DNA of 64,000 nucleotides, taken from contig NZ_JBQCGS010000071.1 of assembly GCF_051955415.1 (NCBI RefSeq), positions 688 through 64,687 on the forward strand, given 5' to 3'. Below the pieces are notes generated by a model, which was given only the letters and a program-made list of their open reading frames with translations, did not search any database and was not told the DNA's origin. Of the stretch, positions 17,720 to 26,068 are shown one piece after another. Every line of letters starts with the position of its first letter. Positions within the stretch are counted from its first letter, which is position 1. Made by a program: the position numbers and the translations under genes. The DNA is from Flexivirga sp. (GTDB lineage: Bacteria > Actinomycetota > Actinomycetes > Actinomycetales > Dermatophilaceae).

Positions 17720-18589
17720 TCAGCTCTCGTATGGCGGGAGGGGGCGGCTCGGCTCGAAGCGACCGGCGTTGGGCTGCGGCTGCGTGCCGTCGAGGTCGGT
17801 GACGCCATACGCCACCGCCAGCTCGCCCACGTCGACCACCTGGCCGCTGAAGCGCTGCACGTCCGGGTCGGTCGCGAGCGCGACCATCACGCGCGCGGCA
17901 TACCGGGGTGACTCGGTGTTGCCGGCGAGATCCTCGGCGGGGACCTTTGCCTCCATCAGCTCGGTGCGCATCCAGCCGGGTGCCACCGCGATCGCCGGAA
18001 TCCCGTGCGGCTGAAGGTGATACGCGAGCGCATAGACCAGCCGGTTCTTGGCGGCCTTGCTCGACTCGTAGGGCAGCCAGGCGGGCGGTTCGGGCATGTG
18101 CCAGGTCGAGGTGAGGATCAGGCCCTTCCCTTCCGGTGCCATCGCGAGCTTCAGCGTGAGCATCGACGTGACGAAGTCCGAGTAGGCACCGCCGAGCAGC
18201 ATCGCGCGGAACTGATCCATCGGCTCGTCCCACACCTCCTCGCCACCCGGGTCGTCGTGGTGGTCGTGGCCGCCCCACGCGTTGTTGACGAGTATGTCGA
18301 TGTGCCCGTGCCGCTCGACCAGGTCGCGCACCAGGGCCTCCACCTGCGTCGGATCCGTGTGGTCACAGCGGTGCCACTCGCCCTTCCCGCCGTGCGCGGC
18401 CACCTCCTCGAGCGTCCGCTCCAGCGTGAGGTCAGCGGGCTGCGCGTGGGTCGGTGCGTCGCGGGTGCTGCGGCCGGTGCAGACGACATACGCACCGGCC
18501 GCGGCGAACTCGATCGCGCACGCCCGGCCGAGGCCGCGCGATGCGCCGGCGATCAGGACGACCTGCCCGGCCAATGGTTCGGTATCCAT
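17720..18589 (-). CDS. SDR family oxidoreductase
   Basis: ORF 17720..18670(-). ATG 18589 gives MDTEPLAGQVVLIAGASRGLGRA (TGxxxGxG-type). NNAWGG and the YESSKAAK catalytic motif are present. Confidence 0.85.
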   Translation of the reverse strand: MDTEPLAGQVVLIAGASRGLGRACAIEFAAAGAYVVCTGRSTRDAPTHAQPADLTLERTLEEVAAHGGKGEWHRCDHTDPTQVEALVRDLVERHGHIDILVNNAWGGHDHHDDPGGEEVWDEPMDQFRAMLLGGAYSDFVTSMLTLKLAMAPEGKGLILTSTWHMPEPPAWLPYESSKAAKNRLVYALAYHLQPHGIPAIAVAPGWMRTELMEAKVPAEDLAGNTESPRYAARVMVALATDPDVQRFSGQVVDVGELAVAYGVTDLDGTQPQPNAGRFEPSRPLPPYES

Positions 18590-18789
18590 CGTTCGAGCAT
18601 GCCGCAGCGGGCACGCGGCCTGCTTGATCAGGTTTGCGCTGTTCGTGCGCCCCGGCGGCGCCGGTGACATCGCCGAAAGGCCCCCGAATGATCGAGCGGA
18701 CCTCCGATTTCGGGGAAAACGGGGCCAAATCGAGGGGCCGGTGGGCGAACGGGGGGCCTCTCGGCAAAGAGGGGAGCGGGTCGCTGCCC

Positions 18790-19593
18790 TCAGGCCCGAG
18801 CGGCGAAGACCGGTAGATAGCCCTTCGCGTGGCCGTCCGCGGTCGGGTGGTAGGACTCCTCCAGGTGCAGGAAGTTGACCGAGTGCAGCCAGCGGCCCGA
18901 GTCGCAGATCTCGTGGCCCGAGAACGCGCCGCGCACGTCGCCATACGTGAATCCGGCCCTGCTGGCCGCAGTGCTGGTGATCGAATCAATCACATCGATG
19001 CCGCTGTCGATGGCGGTGCGGGACTCCTGGCTGATGCCGACGCAGTCCTTGCTCAGGTCGTAGAAATCGGGGTAGCCGAGCACGACGACGTGCGCGTTGG
19101 GCGCCTTGGACCGGATCGCGCTGTAGACGCCCGCCAACTTGCCCGGCAGGTTCGCCTTCGCGTCTGCCTTGGCGTTGTTCACCTCGTTCACGCAGGTCGT
19201 CGTGCCGTCCAGGATGCAGTCCTGCATGATGCTGCTGAAGCCGACGTCGTTGCCGCCGATGGTGATGCTCACCAAGGTGGTGCTCGCCGACAGCACCCCC
19301 AGCTGATTGGCAATGACGTCAGTGGTTCTCGCGCCCGAGCAGGCGACGGAGACGTATGCCGACGGGCTGTGCTGCTGGGCCCACAGCGCCGAGTAGGCGT
19401 TGGGGCTGCGATCGCAGTCGCCGCTGCTGCCGAGGTAGTCGCCGGCCCCGACACCAGAGGAATAGGAGTCCCCGAGCGCCGCATAGTTGACGCCGGCGGC
19501 CCGCGCAGACAGCGCCGGCACCAGGGACATGGCCAGCGCGGTGGCGCCGACGCCGAGCTTGAGGGTGAGGGACGAGCGGGTCATGCGGGTCAT
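18790..19593 (-). CDS. Secreted SGNH/GDSL hydrolase (lipase/esterase)
   Basis: ORF 18790..19689(-). ATG 19593 preceded by AGGAG. Signal peptide ...ALSARA, block I YAALGDSYSSG, block III ITIGGND, C-terminal HP. Confidence 0.85.
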   Translation of the reverse strand: MTRMTRSSLTLKLGVGATALAMSLVPALSARAAGVNYAALGDSYSSGVGAGDYLGSSGDCDRSPNAYSALWAQQHSPSAYVSVACSGARTTDVIANQLGVLSASTTLVSITIGGNDVGFSSIMQDCILDGTTTCVNEVNNAKADAKANLPGKLAGVYSAIRSKAPNAHVVVLGYPDFYDLSKDCVGISQESRTAIDSGIDVIDSITSTAASRAGFTYGDVRGAFSGHEICDSGRWLHSVNFLHLEESYHPTADGHAKGYLPVFAARA

Positions 19594-19838
19594 GCGTGGG
19601 CTCCTGTCGGTCATGGCAGAGATGTGTGCCACCACCGGATAGTGGCCCTGTCGACGGCGCAGCGGGGGTTTGGTTCCCGACCCGGCCAAAGGTTTGCCGT
19701 GGCGATGCCGAAGCCATACCGCCGCGAGGCGCGGCGTTTACCTTTCCGGCGGGCGCCAGGCGCGTCGGCCGCGACGCGTGCGCGTGCGCGTGCGAATTTC
19801 ACTGGTGGCCGCCGCTCCGGCGCCCTAGCGTCGGTGCC

Positions 19839-20243
19839 ATGTCCCCCGCAGTCCGCCTCATCCGGTCCGACCAGCTGGCGCCGGCGCCCTACGCGTATGC
19901 CGCCACGGCACCCTCCGGCAGCCGGGTGATCCAGCTGGCCGGCGCGTGTCCCCTGCACTCCGACGGCACCATCGCGGCGGTCGGGGATGTGGCCGGCCAG
20001 GCGCGAAAGTGCCTGACCAACTTGGAGATCGCGCTCGCCGCGGCCGGCGCGGAGCTGACCGACGTGCTGAGCACGCGCGTCCTGGTCGCGACCACCGACC
20101 GGGCCGAACTGGTGGCCGCCTGGGATGTCGTGGCCGCGCACTTCGGCACCCATGACGTGCCGAGCACCCTGGTCGGTGTCGCGGTGCTCGGCTATCCCGA
20201 CCAACTGGTGGAGATCGAGGCCGTCGCCGCCGTCGCCGGCTGA
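19839..20243 (+). CDS. RidA/YjgF/L-PSP family protein
   Basis: 134 aa from ATG 19839. ...GDVAGQARKCLTNLEIALAAAGAELTDVLSTRVLV...LVEIEAVA. Confidence 0.85.
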   Translation: MSPAVRLIRSDQLAPAPYAYAATAPSGSRVIQLAGACPLHSDGTIAAVGDVAGQARKCLTNLEIALAAAGAELTDVLSTRVLVATTDRAELVAAWDVVAAHFGTHDVPSTLVGVAVLGYPDQLVEIEAVAAVAG

Positions 20244-20279
20244 GGCGCGGCCCGCCATACCCGCACTAGGGTCGGCAAC

Positions 20280-21182
20280 ATGAGTGATGCGCGCGTCGCG
20301 GTCTACATCGACTTCGACAACATGGTGATCTCGCGGTACGACGCCGTGCACGGCTCCGGCCGGTGGCGCAAGGACAACGCCCGCGATCACACGCCCGCGG
20401 AGGAGGGTGAGGTGTCGCGTCGCCTCATCGAGGCCGAGGTCGACCTGGGCGCGATCATCGACTACGCCTCGTCGTTCGGCACCGTGGCCTTCACCCGCGC
20501 GTATGCCGACTGGTCGGTGCCGGCCAATGCGGCATACAAGCGGCAGCTGACCGACCGCGCCGTCGATCTGGTGCAGCTCTTCGCGACGTCGGGGACCAAG
20601 AACGGCGCCGACATACGCCTGTCGATCGATGCGGTCAACGATCTCTTCCAGCACGCCGACATCACGCATGTCGTGGTGGTGGGCGGGGATTCGGACTACA
20701 TCGCGCTGGCGCAGCGCTGCAAGCAACTCGGCAGGTTCGTCGTCGGCATCGGCGTCACCGGGTCGACGAGCCGCGCGCTCGTGGCTGCGTGCGACGACTT
20801 CAGCTCGTACGGCGACCTGCCCGGCGTCTCCGACGACGCCGCAGCAGAGGCGCCCGGAGCGGATGCCGGACCCGTGGCCAGCACACCTGCGAAGCCGGTC
20901 AAGAAGGCTGCCGCCAAGTCCGCGAAAGCGCGAAAGACCGCCACGAGCAAGGAAGCTCAGGCCACCGCGTTGTTGCGCCGCGCGATCCGGATCGGCGCCG
21001 AGAAGAGCGACGACGGCTGGCAGCACTCGTCCAGCCTGAAGAGCCAGATGCAGCGCCTGGACTCGACCTTCAAGGAGAAGTCGCTCGGGTTCTCGTCGTT
21101 CCGCGCGTTCGTGGAGAGTCACGACAAGCTGGTGGAGACCAAGCTGCTGGACAATGGGCAGCTGGCCGTCCGGCTCCGGTGA
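20280..21182 (+). CDS. NYN (LabA-like) domain protein with C-terminal OST-HTH/LOTUS domain
   Basis: VAVYIDFDNM...GADIRLSIDAVNDL...VVVVGGDSDYIALAQRCKQLGRFVVGIG is the NYN part. KSQMQRLDSTFKEKSLGFSSFRAFVESH is the OST-HTH part. Confidence 0.8.
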   Translation: MSDARVAVYIDFDNMVISRYDAVHGSGRWRKDNARDHTPAEEGEVSRRLIEAEVDLGAIIDYASSFGTVAFTRAYADWSVPANAAYKRQLTDRAVDLVQLFATSGTKNGADIRLSIDAVNDLFQHADITHVVVVGGDSDYIALAQRCKQLGRFVVGIGVTGSTSRALVAACDDFSSYGDLPGVSDDAAAEAPGADAGPVASTPAKPVKKAAAKSAKARKTATSKEAQATALLRRAIRIGAEKSDDGWQHSSSLKSQMQRLDSTFKEKSLGFSSFRAFVESHDKLVETKLLDNGQLAVRLR

Positions 21183-21237
21183 CCTCCGCACATACGTATG
21201 GCGCGGCTCCCCCGGATGCCGCGCCATACTTCGTCGC

Positions 21238-21924
21238 TCAGATGGTGAGCTCCGAGTCCCCTCCGGGTCCGAACTTCTCGGTCAGGAAGCGGTGGTTGGC
21301 CAGCAGTTCGTCGGTGCCGAGCCGGGCCGCACGGTGCAGGTGCGCGGCGACCTGATTGAGCAGCAGATCGAGCTGCTCGATGATCAATTGGTGACCGGTT
21401 TTGCCGTCCAGCACCTCGGTCGTGTCCGCACTGCCTGGCGCCAGCGCCAGGTAGGACCGCAGCGCCTGCGGGCCGAAGTCGGTCTGGATCTGCTCGACCT
21501 CGAAGACCTGCGCGGTCGGCGCGCCGTGCTTGCGTAGGTACGTCAGCGTCTCGGAGCATTCGTGTTCCAGCCGCTGCGCGCGCTGGCGCACGTCGGTCGG
21601 CAGGTCGGACAGCGCGGTCAGGCTGGTGAGGGTGTCCGGCTCCTGCTTGGCCAGGTCCACCCGTGGCGCCGGCTGCGGCGTCGCGACGGTGTGCCGCTGC
21701 TCCCAGGGCGCCTGGCCGGCCTGGAAATGCTGCTGGTGGCGCTCCTCGTGGTCGCGCCGGCACTGCAACCTCGCCGCCCGCCCGTGCCGGGACATCCCCG
21801 TGCCGAGGAACACCGTCAACAGGACCATCGGCAGGACCAGCCAGTGACCGACGACGCCGACCAGCGCCCAGCCGGCGGGGATCAGCAGCCACCAGTGGGA
21901 CCGGTGCAGCCGGATCGATGTCAT
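21238..21924 (-). CDS. Hypothetical membrane protein (2 N-terminal TM; possibly XpaC/PF10112-like)
   Basis: 228 aa. WWLLIPAGWALVGVVGHWLVLPMVLLTVFLG followed by a helical soluble domain. Family assignment is tentative. Confidence 0.55.
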   Translation of the reverse strand: MTSIRLHRSHWWLLIPAGWALVGVVGHWLVLPMVLLTVFLGTGMSRHGRAARLQCRRDHEERHQQHFQAGQAPWEQRHTVATPQPAPRVDLAKQEPDTLTSLTALSDLPTDVRQRAQRLEHECSETLTYLRKHGAPTAQVFEVEQIQTDFGPQALRSYLALAPGSADTTEVLDGKTGHQLIIEQLDLLLNQVAAHLHRAARLGTDELLANHRFLTEKFGPGGDSELTI

Positions 21925-22038
21925 TGTGCTCGCCTTCCTGATGTGTCTCCGCGATGACCTTCACGGTAGGTCGGCGTCCGGCCGGGCACCTGTGCCGAAT
22001 GTCATGACTCGGGCCGTCGTTCGGTCATGGGCGGCCAT

Positions 22039-22110
22039 GCCGACTGACGCATTTGCCGACGAGTGACGCCGTTGCAAATGCGTCAGTCGGCACCAAGTGC
22101 GTCAGTCGGC
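22039..22110. repeat. 18-bp inverted repeat plus a third direct copy
   Basis: GCCGACTGACGCATTTGC (22039-22056) / 17-nt loop / GCAAATGCGTCAGTCGGC (22074-22091), then GTGCGTCAGTCGGC (22097-22110). Lies just downstream of the ABC operon stop and may act as its terminator. Confidence 0.75.
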
Positions 22111-22129
22111 GAGGGGAGTGCCAACCGAC

Positions 22130-23053
22130 TCAGGCGTCCGCGCGCAGCTCGTGCGCCAGCTCGGCCAGCTCGTCGCCGCCGGCCATCTGCTCGGTCAGCT
22201 GCTCGACGGTGATGTCGTCGCGGGAGGCGTCCAGCGCCATCTCGCCCAGTTTGAGGATGACGAAGTGGTCGCCCACCAGGAAGGCGTGGTGGGGATTGTG
22301 CGTGATGAAGACGACGCCTAGGCCGGACTCGGCGGCGCGGGCGACATACTTCAGCACCACGCCCGACTGCTTCACACCGAGCGCGGCCGTCGGCTCGTCC
22401 AGGATCAGCACCTTCGCGCCGAAGTAGATGGCCCGAGCGATGGCCACACACTGCCGCTGGCCACCGCTGAGCGAGCCCACCGGACGGTCCACATCCGGCA
22501 GGTCGATGCCCATCTTGGCCAGCTCGTCGCGGGTGATCTGCTTCATCCGGGCCGAGTCCAGCAGCCGCAGCGGACCCTTGCGCAGCTCGTGGGCGAGGAA
22601 GAAGTTGCGCCATACCGACATCAGCGGCGCGAGCGCCAGATCCTGGTAGACCGTCGCGATGCCCGCCTCGACGGCCTCCCGGGGGCTGCCGAACTTCCGC
22701 GGCGTGCCCTCCACCAGCATGGTGCCGGACGTGTGCTCGTGCAGCCCGGCCATGATCTTGATCAGCGTCGACTTGCCGGCACCGTTGTCGCCCAGCACGC
22801 AGGTCACCTCGCCGGCGCGCACCGCCAGGTCGATGCCGGTCAGCGCGCGCACGGTGCCGTAGGTCTTGCCGACGCCCTGAAGCTGTATGACGGGAGCGGT
22901 CTCGTCCGGTTCGGTGGTCTCGATACGCGGCTCGTCCCTCGCCGCTACTCGACCAGCGAGCTCATCGTCCCTCGCCGCTACTCGACCAGCTTGGTCGTCC
23001 GAGGTCTCGATACGCTCGTTCCTCGCTACTCGACCAGCTTTTGGCTCACTCAT
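22130..23053 (-). CDS. Sugar ABC transporter ATP-binding protein with repeat-encoded N-terminal extension
   Basis: Walker A GDNGAGKST, signature LSGGQRQ, Walker B ILILDEPT. Start ATG 23053 overlaps the permease stop (ATGA). The first ~57 codons are encoded by the repeat cluster at 22916-23038. Confidence 0.9.
   Translation of the reverse strand: MSEPKAGRVARNERIETSDDQAGRVAARDDELAGRVAARDEPRIETTEPDETAPVIQLQGVGKTYGTVRALTGIDLAVRAGEVTCVLGDNGAGKSTLIKIMAGLHEHTSGTMLVEGTPRKFGSPREAVEAGIATVYQDLALAPLMSVWRNFFLAHELRKGPLRLLDSARMKQITRDELAKMGIDLPDVDRPVGSLSGGQRQCVAIARAIYFGAKVLILDEPTAALGVKQSGVVLKYVARAAESGLGVVFITHNPHHAFLVGDHFVILKLGEMALDASRDDITVEQLTEQMAGGDELAELAHELRADA
22916..23038 (+). repeat. Dispersed repeat family, cluster C (three units, one 5'-truncated)
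   Basis: Units at 22916-22957, 22958-22990 and 23003-23038. An exact 26-nt stretch TCGTCCCTCGCCGCTACTCGACCAGC recurs 33 nt apart. Confidence 0.8.
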
Positions 23054-24102
23054 CGGCGTTCCGCCTGTCGTCGTACCCACATGTTGATCAGCGTCGCGAG
23101 CACCAGCATGATGCCGAGGAAGGTCTTCAGCCAGTCGACGTTCCAGCCGGCATACGTGATGCCCAGGTTGGTCATGCCGTAGATCAGCGCGCCGATCGAG
23201 GCACCGATCACCGACCCGAAGCCGCCGGTCAGCAGGCAGCCGCCGACGACCGCGGCGATGATGTAGATGAACTCGTTGCCGACGCCCTGGTTGGACTGCA
23301 CCGTCGCGAAATTGAGCAGCGTGTGCATGCCCAGCAGCCAGGCGCAGAAACCGACGAAGAGGAAGAGCCCGATCTTGGTGCGCACCACCGGCACGCCGCT
23401 GGCCCGCGCCGCCTCGGCGTCGCCGCCGGCCGCGAAGATCCAGTTGCCGGCACGGGTGCGGGTCAACACCACCGCGGCGACCACGGTCAGCACGACCCAG
23501 AAGAGCACCGAGATGTTGATCGTGATGCCCTCGAACGAGCCGGACTTGAAAAAGGTGTGGCTGGAGGCGAACACCGCGTGCGCGGAGTCGAATCCGGCCA
23601 TGTCGTCGATCTTCGGCGACGTGACGTTGTTGTCGATCAGCCGCGGCACCGCGAGGTTGGCACCCTGCAGCACAAAGTAAGTGCCGAGTGTGACCAGGAA
23701 GCTGGGCAGCCGGGTGTGGTGCAGCAACCAGCCGTTGGCGAAGCCGACGGCCAGCGCGACCGCCAGCGCCAGCAGGACGCCGACCCAGACATTGAAGTTG
23801 AACTCCCAGGCCAGCATCGACGCGGCGAGCGCCGAACTGGTCACCGCGACACCGGCTGACAGGTCGAACTCTCCGCCGATCATCAGCAGCGCCACGGGCA
23901 CGGCCATGATGCCGATCGCCGAGGACTGGTAGAGGATCGTCCCGACGTTGGCCAGCCCGCGGAACGCCGGCGCGACCGACAGGAAGAGCACGCAGATCGC
24001 GACCGCACCGATCAGTGCACCGACCTCCGGCTTACCGAGCAGCGCGGCGATCGGCGACCTGGGCGCCGTCCGGGTGTCGGTGGTGGAGACCGCGCCGGCC
24101 AT
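23050..24102 (-). CDS. Sugar ABC transporter permease (RbsC/AraH-type)
   Basis: About 10 TM, typical of ribose/xylose/fructose-type permeases. ATG 24102 overlaps the SBP stop by 1 nt. Confidence 0.9.
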   Translation of the reverse strand: MAGAVSTTDTRTAPRSPIAALLGKPEVGALIGAVAICVLFLSVAPAFRGLANVGTILYQSSAIGIMAVPVALLMIGGEFDLSAGVAVTSSALAASMLAWEFNFNVWVGVLLALAVALAVGFANGWLLHHTRLPSFLVTLGTYFVLQGANLAVPRLIDNNVTSPKIDDMAGFDSAHAVFASSHTFFKSGSFEGITINISVLFWVVLTVVAAVVLTRTRAGNWIFAAGGDAEAARASGVPVVRTKIGLFLFVGFCAWLLGMHTLLNFATVQSNQGVGNEFIYIIAAVVGGCLLTGGFGSVIGASIGALIYGMTNLGITYAGWNVDWLKTFLGIMLVLATLINMWVRRQAERR

Positions 24103-25094
24103 CAACGCGTGCCCTTGCCGGCGTATTCGGCGATCTTGTCGACGTTGCTCTTGTCCACGAACGCCGGCCCGGTCAGCGTCGGCTTGCCGCCGCCGACGGT
24201 GTCACCGTTGGTGCGGTAGAGCCACAGCGCGTCGATCGCCAGGTAGCCCTGCAGCCACGGCTGCTGGTCGACGGCGAACTGCACCGTGCCGTCCTGGATC
24301 GCCTTGACGATGCCGGCGTTGGTGTCGAAGGTGCCGATCTTGGCCTTCGATCCGGTGGCCTGCACCGCCTTGACGGCGTTCAGCGACACGTCGCCCTGCA
24401 GGCCGACGATCCAGTCGATCTGCTTGTCCTGCTGCAGTTTCGCGGTGATCGTGGAGCGCACCGACGGCAGGTCGGCGCCGTTGACGTAGACGACCTGGGT
24501 GCTCGGCACCTTCTCCTTCACGCCCTTGCAGCGGTCGTTCAGACCGACGTTGCCCTGCTCGTGGATGATGCAGATCGGGTGCTGCGCGCCCGCCTGCTCC
24601 AGGCGCTCGCCGGCCGCCTCGCCCGCGACCAGCTCGTCCTGCCCGAAGAAGCCGATCAGTCCCATCGGGCCCATCTGGTCGGTGCCGGAGTTCAGGCCGT
24701 CGACCGGTATGCCGGCCGCCTCGGCGTTCTTGACCGCGCCCTTGAGCGCGTCCGGCTTGGCGAGGGTGACCGCGATGCCGCCGACCTTCTTGTCGACCGC
24801 GGCCTGCACCAGGCTCGCCTGCTTGGACGCGTCCGGGTCGGCGTAGTACTGCAGGTCGACATTGTCCTTGTCGGCCGCCGCCTGGGCACCCTTGCGGACC
24901 ATGTCCCAGAACGTGTCGCCGGGCGCGGAGTGGGTGATCAGCGCGGCGGTGAAGCGCGGGGTGTTGGCGTGCCCGCCCTTGCCCGCCTGCTGCTCGGTGG
25001 CCTTCTTGCCGCCGGTGCTGCTGCAGCCGGTCAGGGCCAACGCGCCGACCGCCACGACTGCGGCGAGTCGCGCGCACCTACCGTTGATCCTCAC
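24102..25094 (-). CDS. Sugar ABC transporter substrate-binding lipoprotein (RbsB-like)
   Basis: ORF 24102..25277(-). GTG 25094 preceded by AGGAAGG gives (M)RINGRCARLAAVVAVGALALTGCSS with a lipobox. Periplasmic-binding-protein type I pattern. Confidence 0.85.
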   Translation of the reverse strand: MRINGRCARLAAVVAVGALALTGCSSTGGKKATEQQAGKGGHANTPRFTAALITHSAPGDTFWDMVRKGAQAAADKDNVDLQYYADPDASKQASLVQAAVDKKVGGIAVTLAKPDALKGAVKNAEAAGIPVDGLNSGTDQMGPMGLIGFFGQDELVAGEAAGERLEQAGAQHPICIIHEQGNVGLNDRCKGVKEKVPSTQVVYVNGADLPSVRSTITAKLQQDKQIDWIVGLQGDVSLNAVKAVQATGSKAKIGTFDTNAGIVKAIQDGTVQFAVDQQPWLQGYLAIDALWLYRTNGDTVGGGKPTLTGPAFVDKSNVDKIAEYAGKGTR

Positions 25095-25157
25095 GAGTCT
25101 GGCCTTCCTGGTCCCGGTACGGACGGCATGGGGTGGTGCCGTGTCCGAGGTGCCTGC

Positions 25158-25176
25158 ATGTATCGACTTGATATAT
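25158..25176. promoter_or_regulatory. Imperfect copy of the ponA/PadR palindrome upstream of the ABC operon
   Basis: ATGTATCG-act-TGATATAT versus ATGTATCG-gtt-CGATACAT at 15754-15772: same 3-nt spacer, 14/16 arm positions identical. Confidence 0.45.
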
Positions 25177-25264
25177 CGAGGCATAGTAACCCGTCGTAGC
25201 GCCGTGCGTGAGTATGCCGAACCGCACGCGTCGCGTGCCGGTCGTGTTGTGCTACCCATCACCC

Positions 25265-26068
25265 ATGACCTGCGCACCGCAGCCGGACTGCTCCCTGGCG
25301 TCCGACGCCACCGTCGCCGACCTCGCCCGGGCCGGGACCGTCGTGCTCGACTCCTGGCACCTGGCCGACGGTGCGAGTGTCGCGATCGACCGGCACCGCG
25401 GGCGCTTCACCCGGCAGGTCGGTGAGGTGTTCGGGATCACCGGGCAGGAGTCGCGGGCGGCATACGACCACGCGCTGGCGCACCTGCCGGTCGAGGGCTC
25501 GTGGTTCCCCGGCTTCGTCTGGACGGCGTCCGGGCTACGGCTGCTCCTGCGACCGTTTCCCGTGGAACACCTCCGGACCACGACGGCGCTCCTGCTGCGC
25601 GGGACACCGGATGCTCGAAAACGTCCGGATGTCAAGGGATTCGACCACCTGTCCCAGCTCTATGCACAGCAGCAGGCGCTCGACGCCGGGTATGACGACC
25701 AGGTCCTCGTCACCGGCGACGGCACGCTGAGCGAGGCAGTCTTCGCGACCGTGGTCATCGCCCGCAACGGCGAACTCGTGGTTCCGGACGGTCCGCGACT
25801 CGACAGCGTCACCCTCGCCGTGCTGCGCGAGCACGGGGACCGGCCGGTGCGCACCGCGACCGTGACGGCGTCGCACCTGCTGGCCGCACCGGCGGTCTTC
25901 ACCCTCTCCGCGCTGCACGGTGTGCGGCTGGTCGAACGCGTGAACAGCACGACATACCAGCCGAATCCGTCCTTGCGCGATCGCTTGCAGTCGGCCGTCG
26001 AGGGTGCCCGGCGACCCGTCGCCGAGCTGCTGCCGGACGGAGGGCGGCTGCCGTGCGCGTCCTGCTGA
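25265..26068 (+). CDS. pabC: Aminotransferase class IV / aminodeoxychorismate lyase-like
   Basis: ORF 25208..26068. Fold-type IV pattern (KGFDHLSQLYAQQQALDAGYDDQVLV...GTLSEAVFATVV). Overlaps the downstream pabAB start by 16 nt. Start uncertain. Confidence 0.65.
   Translation: MTCAPQPDCSLASDATVADLARAGTVVLDSWHLADGASVAIDRHRGRFTRQVGEVFGITGQESRAAYDHALAHLPVEGSWFPGFVWTASGLRLLLRPFPVEHLRTTTALLLRGTPDARKRPDVKGFDHLSQLYAQQQALDAGYDDQVLVTGDGTLSEAVFATVVIARNGELVVPDGPRLDSVTLAVLREHGDRPVRTATVTASHLLAAPAVFTLSALHGVRLVERVNSTTYQPNPSLRDRLQSAVEGARRPVAELLPDGGRLPCASC

Noticed and set aside
11617-17808. Long alternative-frame ORFs 11617..13284(-), 13813..15717(+), 13275..13865(-) and 15847..17808(-)
   Set aside because: They are antisense or out of frame to the well-supported GT87-like, ponA, PadR and ino1 genes. 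Their translations are low-complexity Arg/Gly/Asp/Val-rich with no motifs.
19611-21227. 538-aa ORF on the - strand across RidA and the NYN/LOTUS gene
   Set aside because: Shadow ORF. The + strand genes have clear domain signatures and RBS-supported starts.
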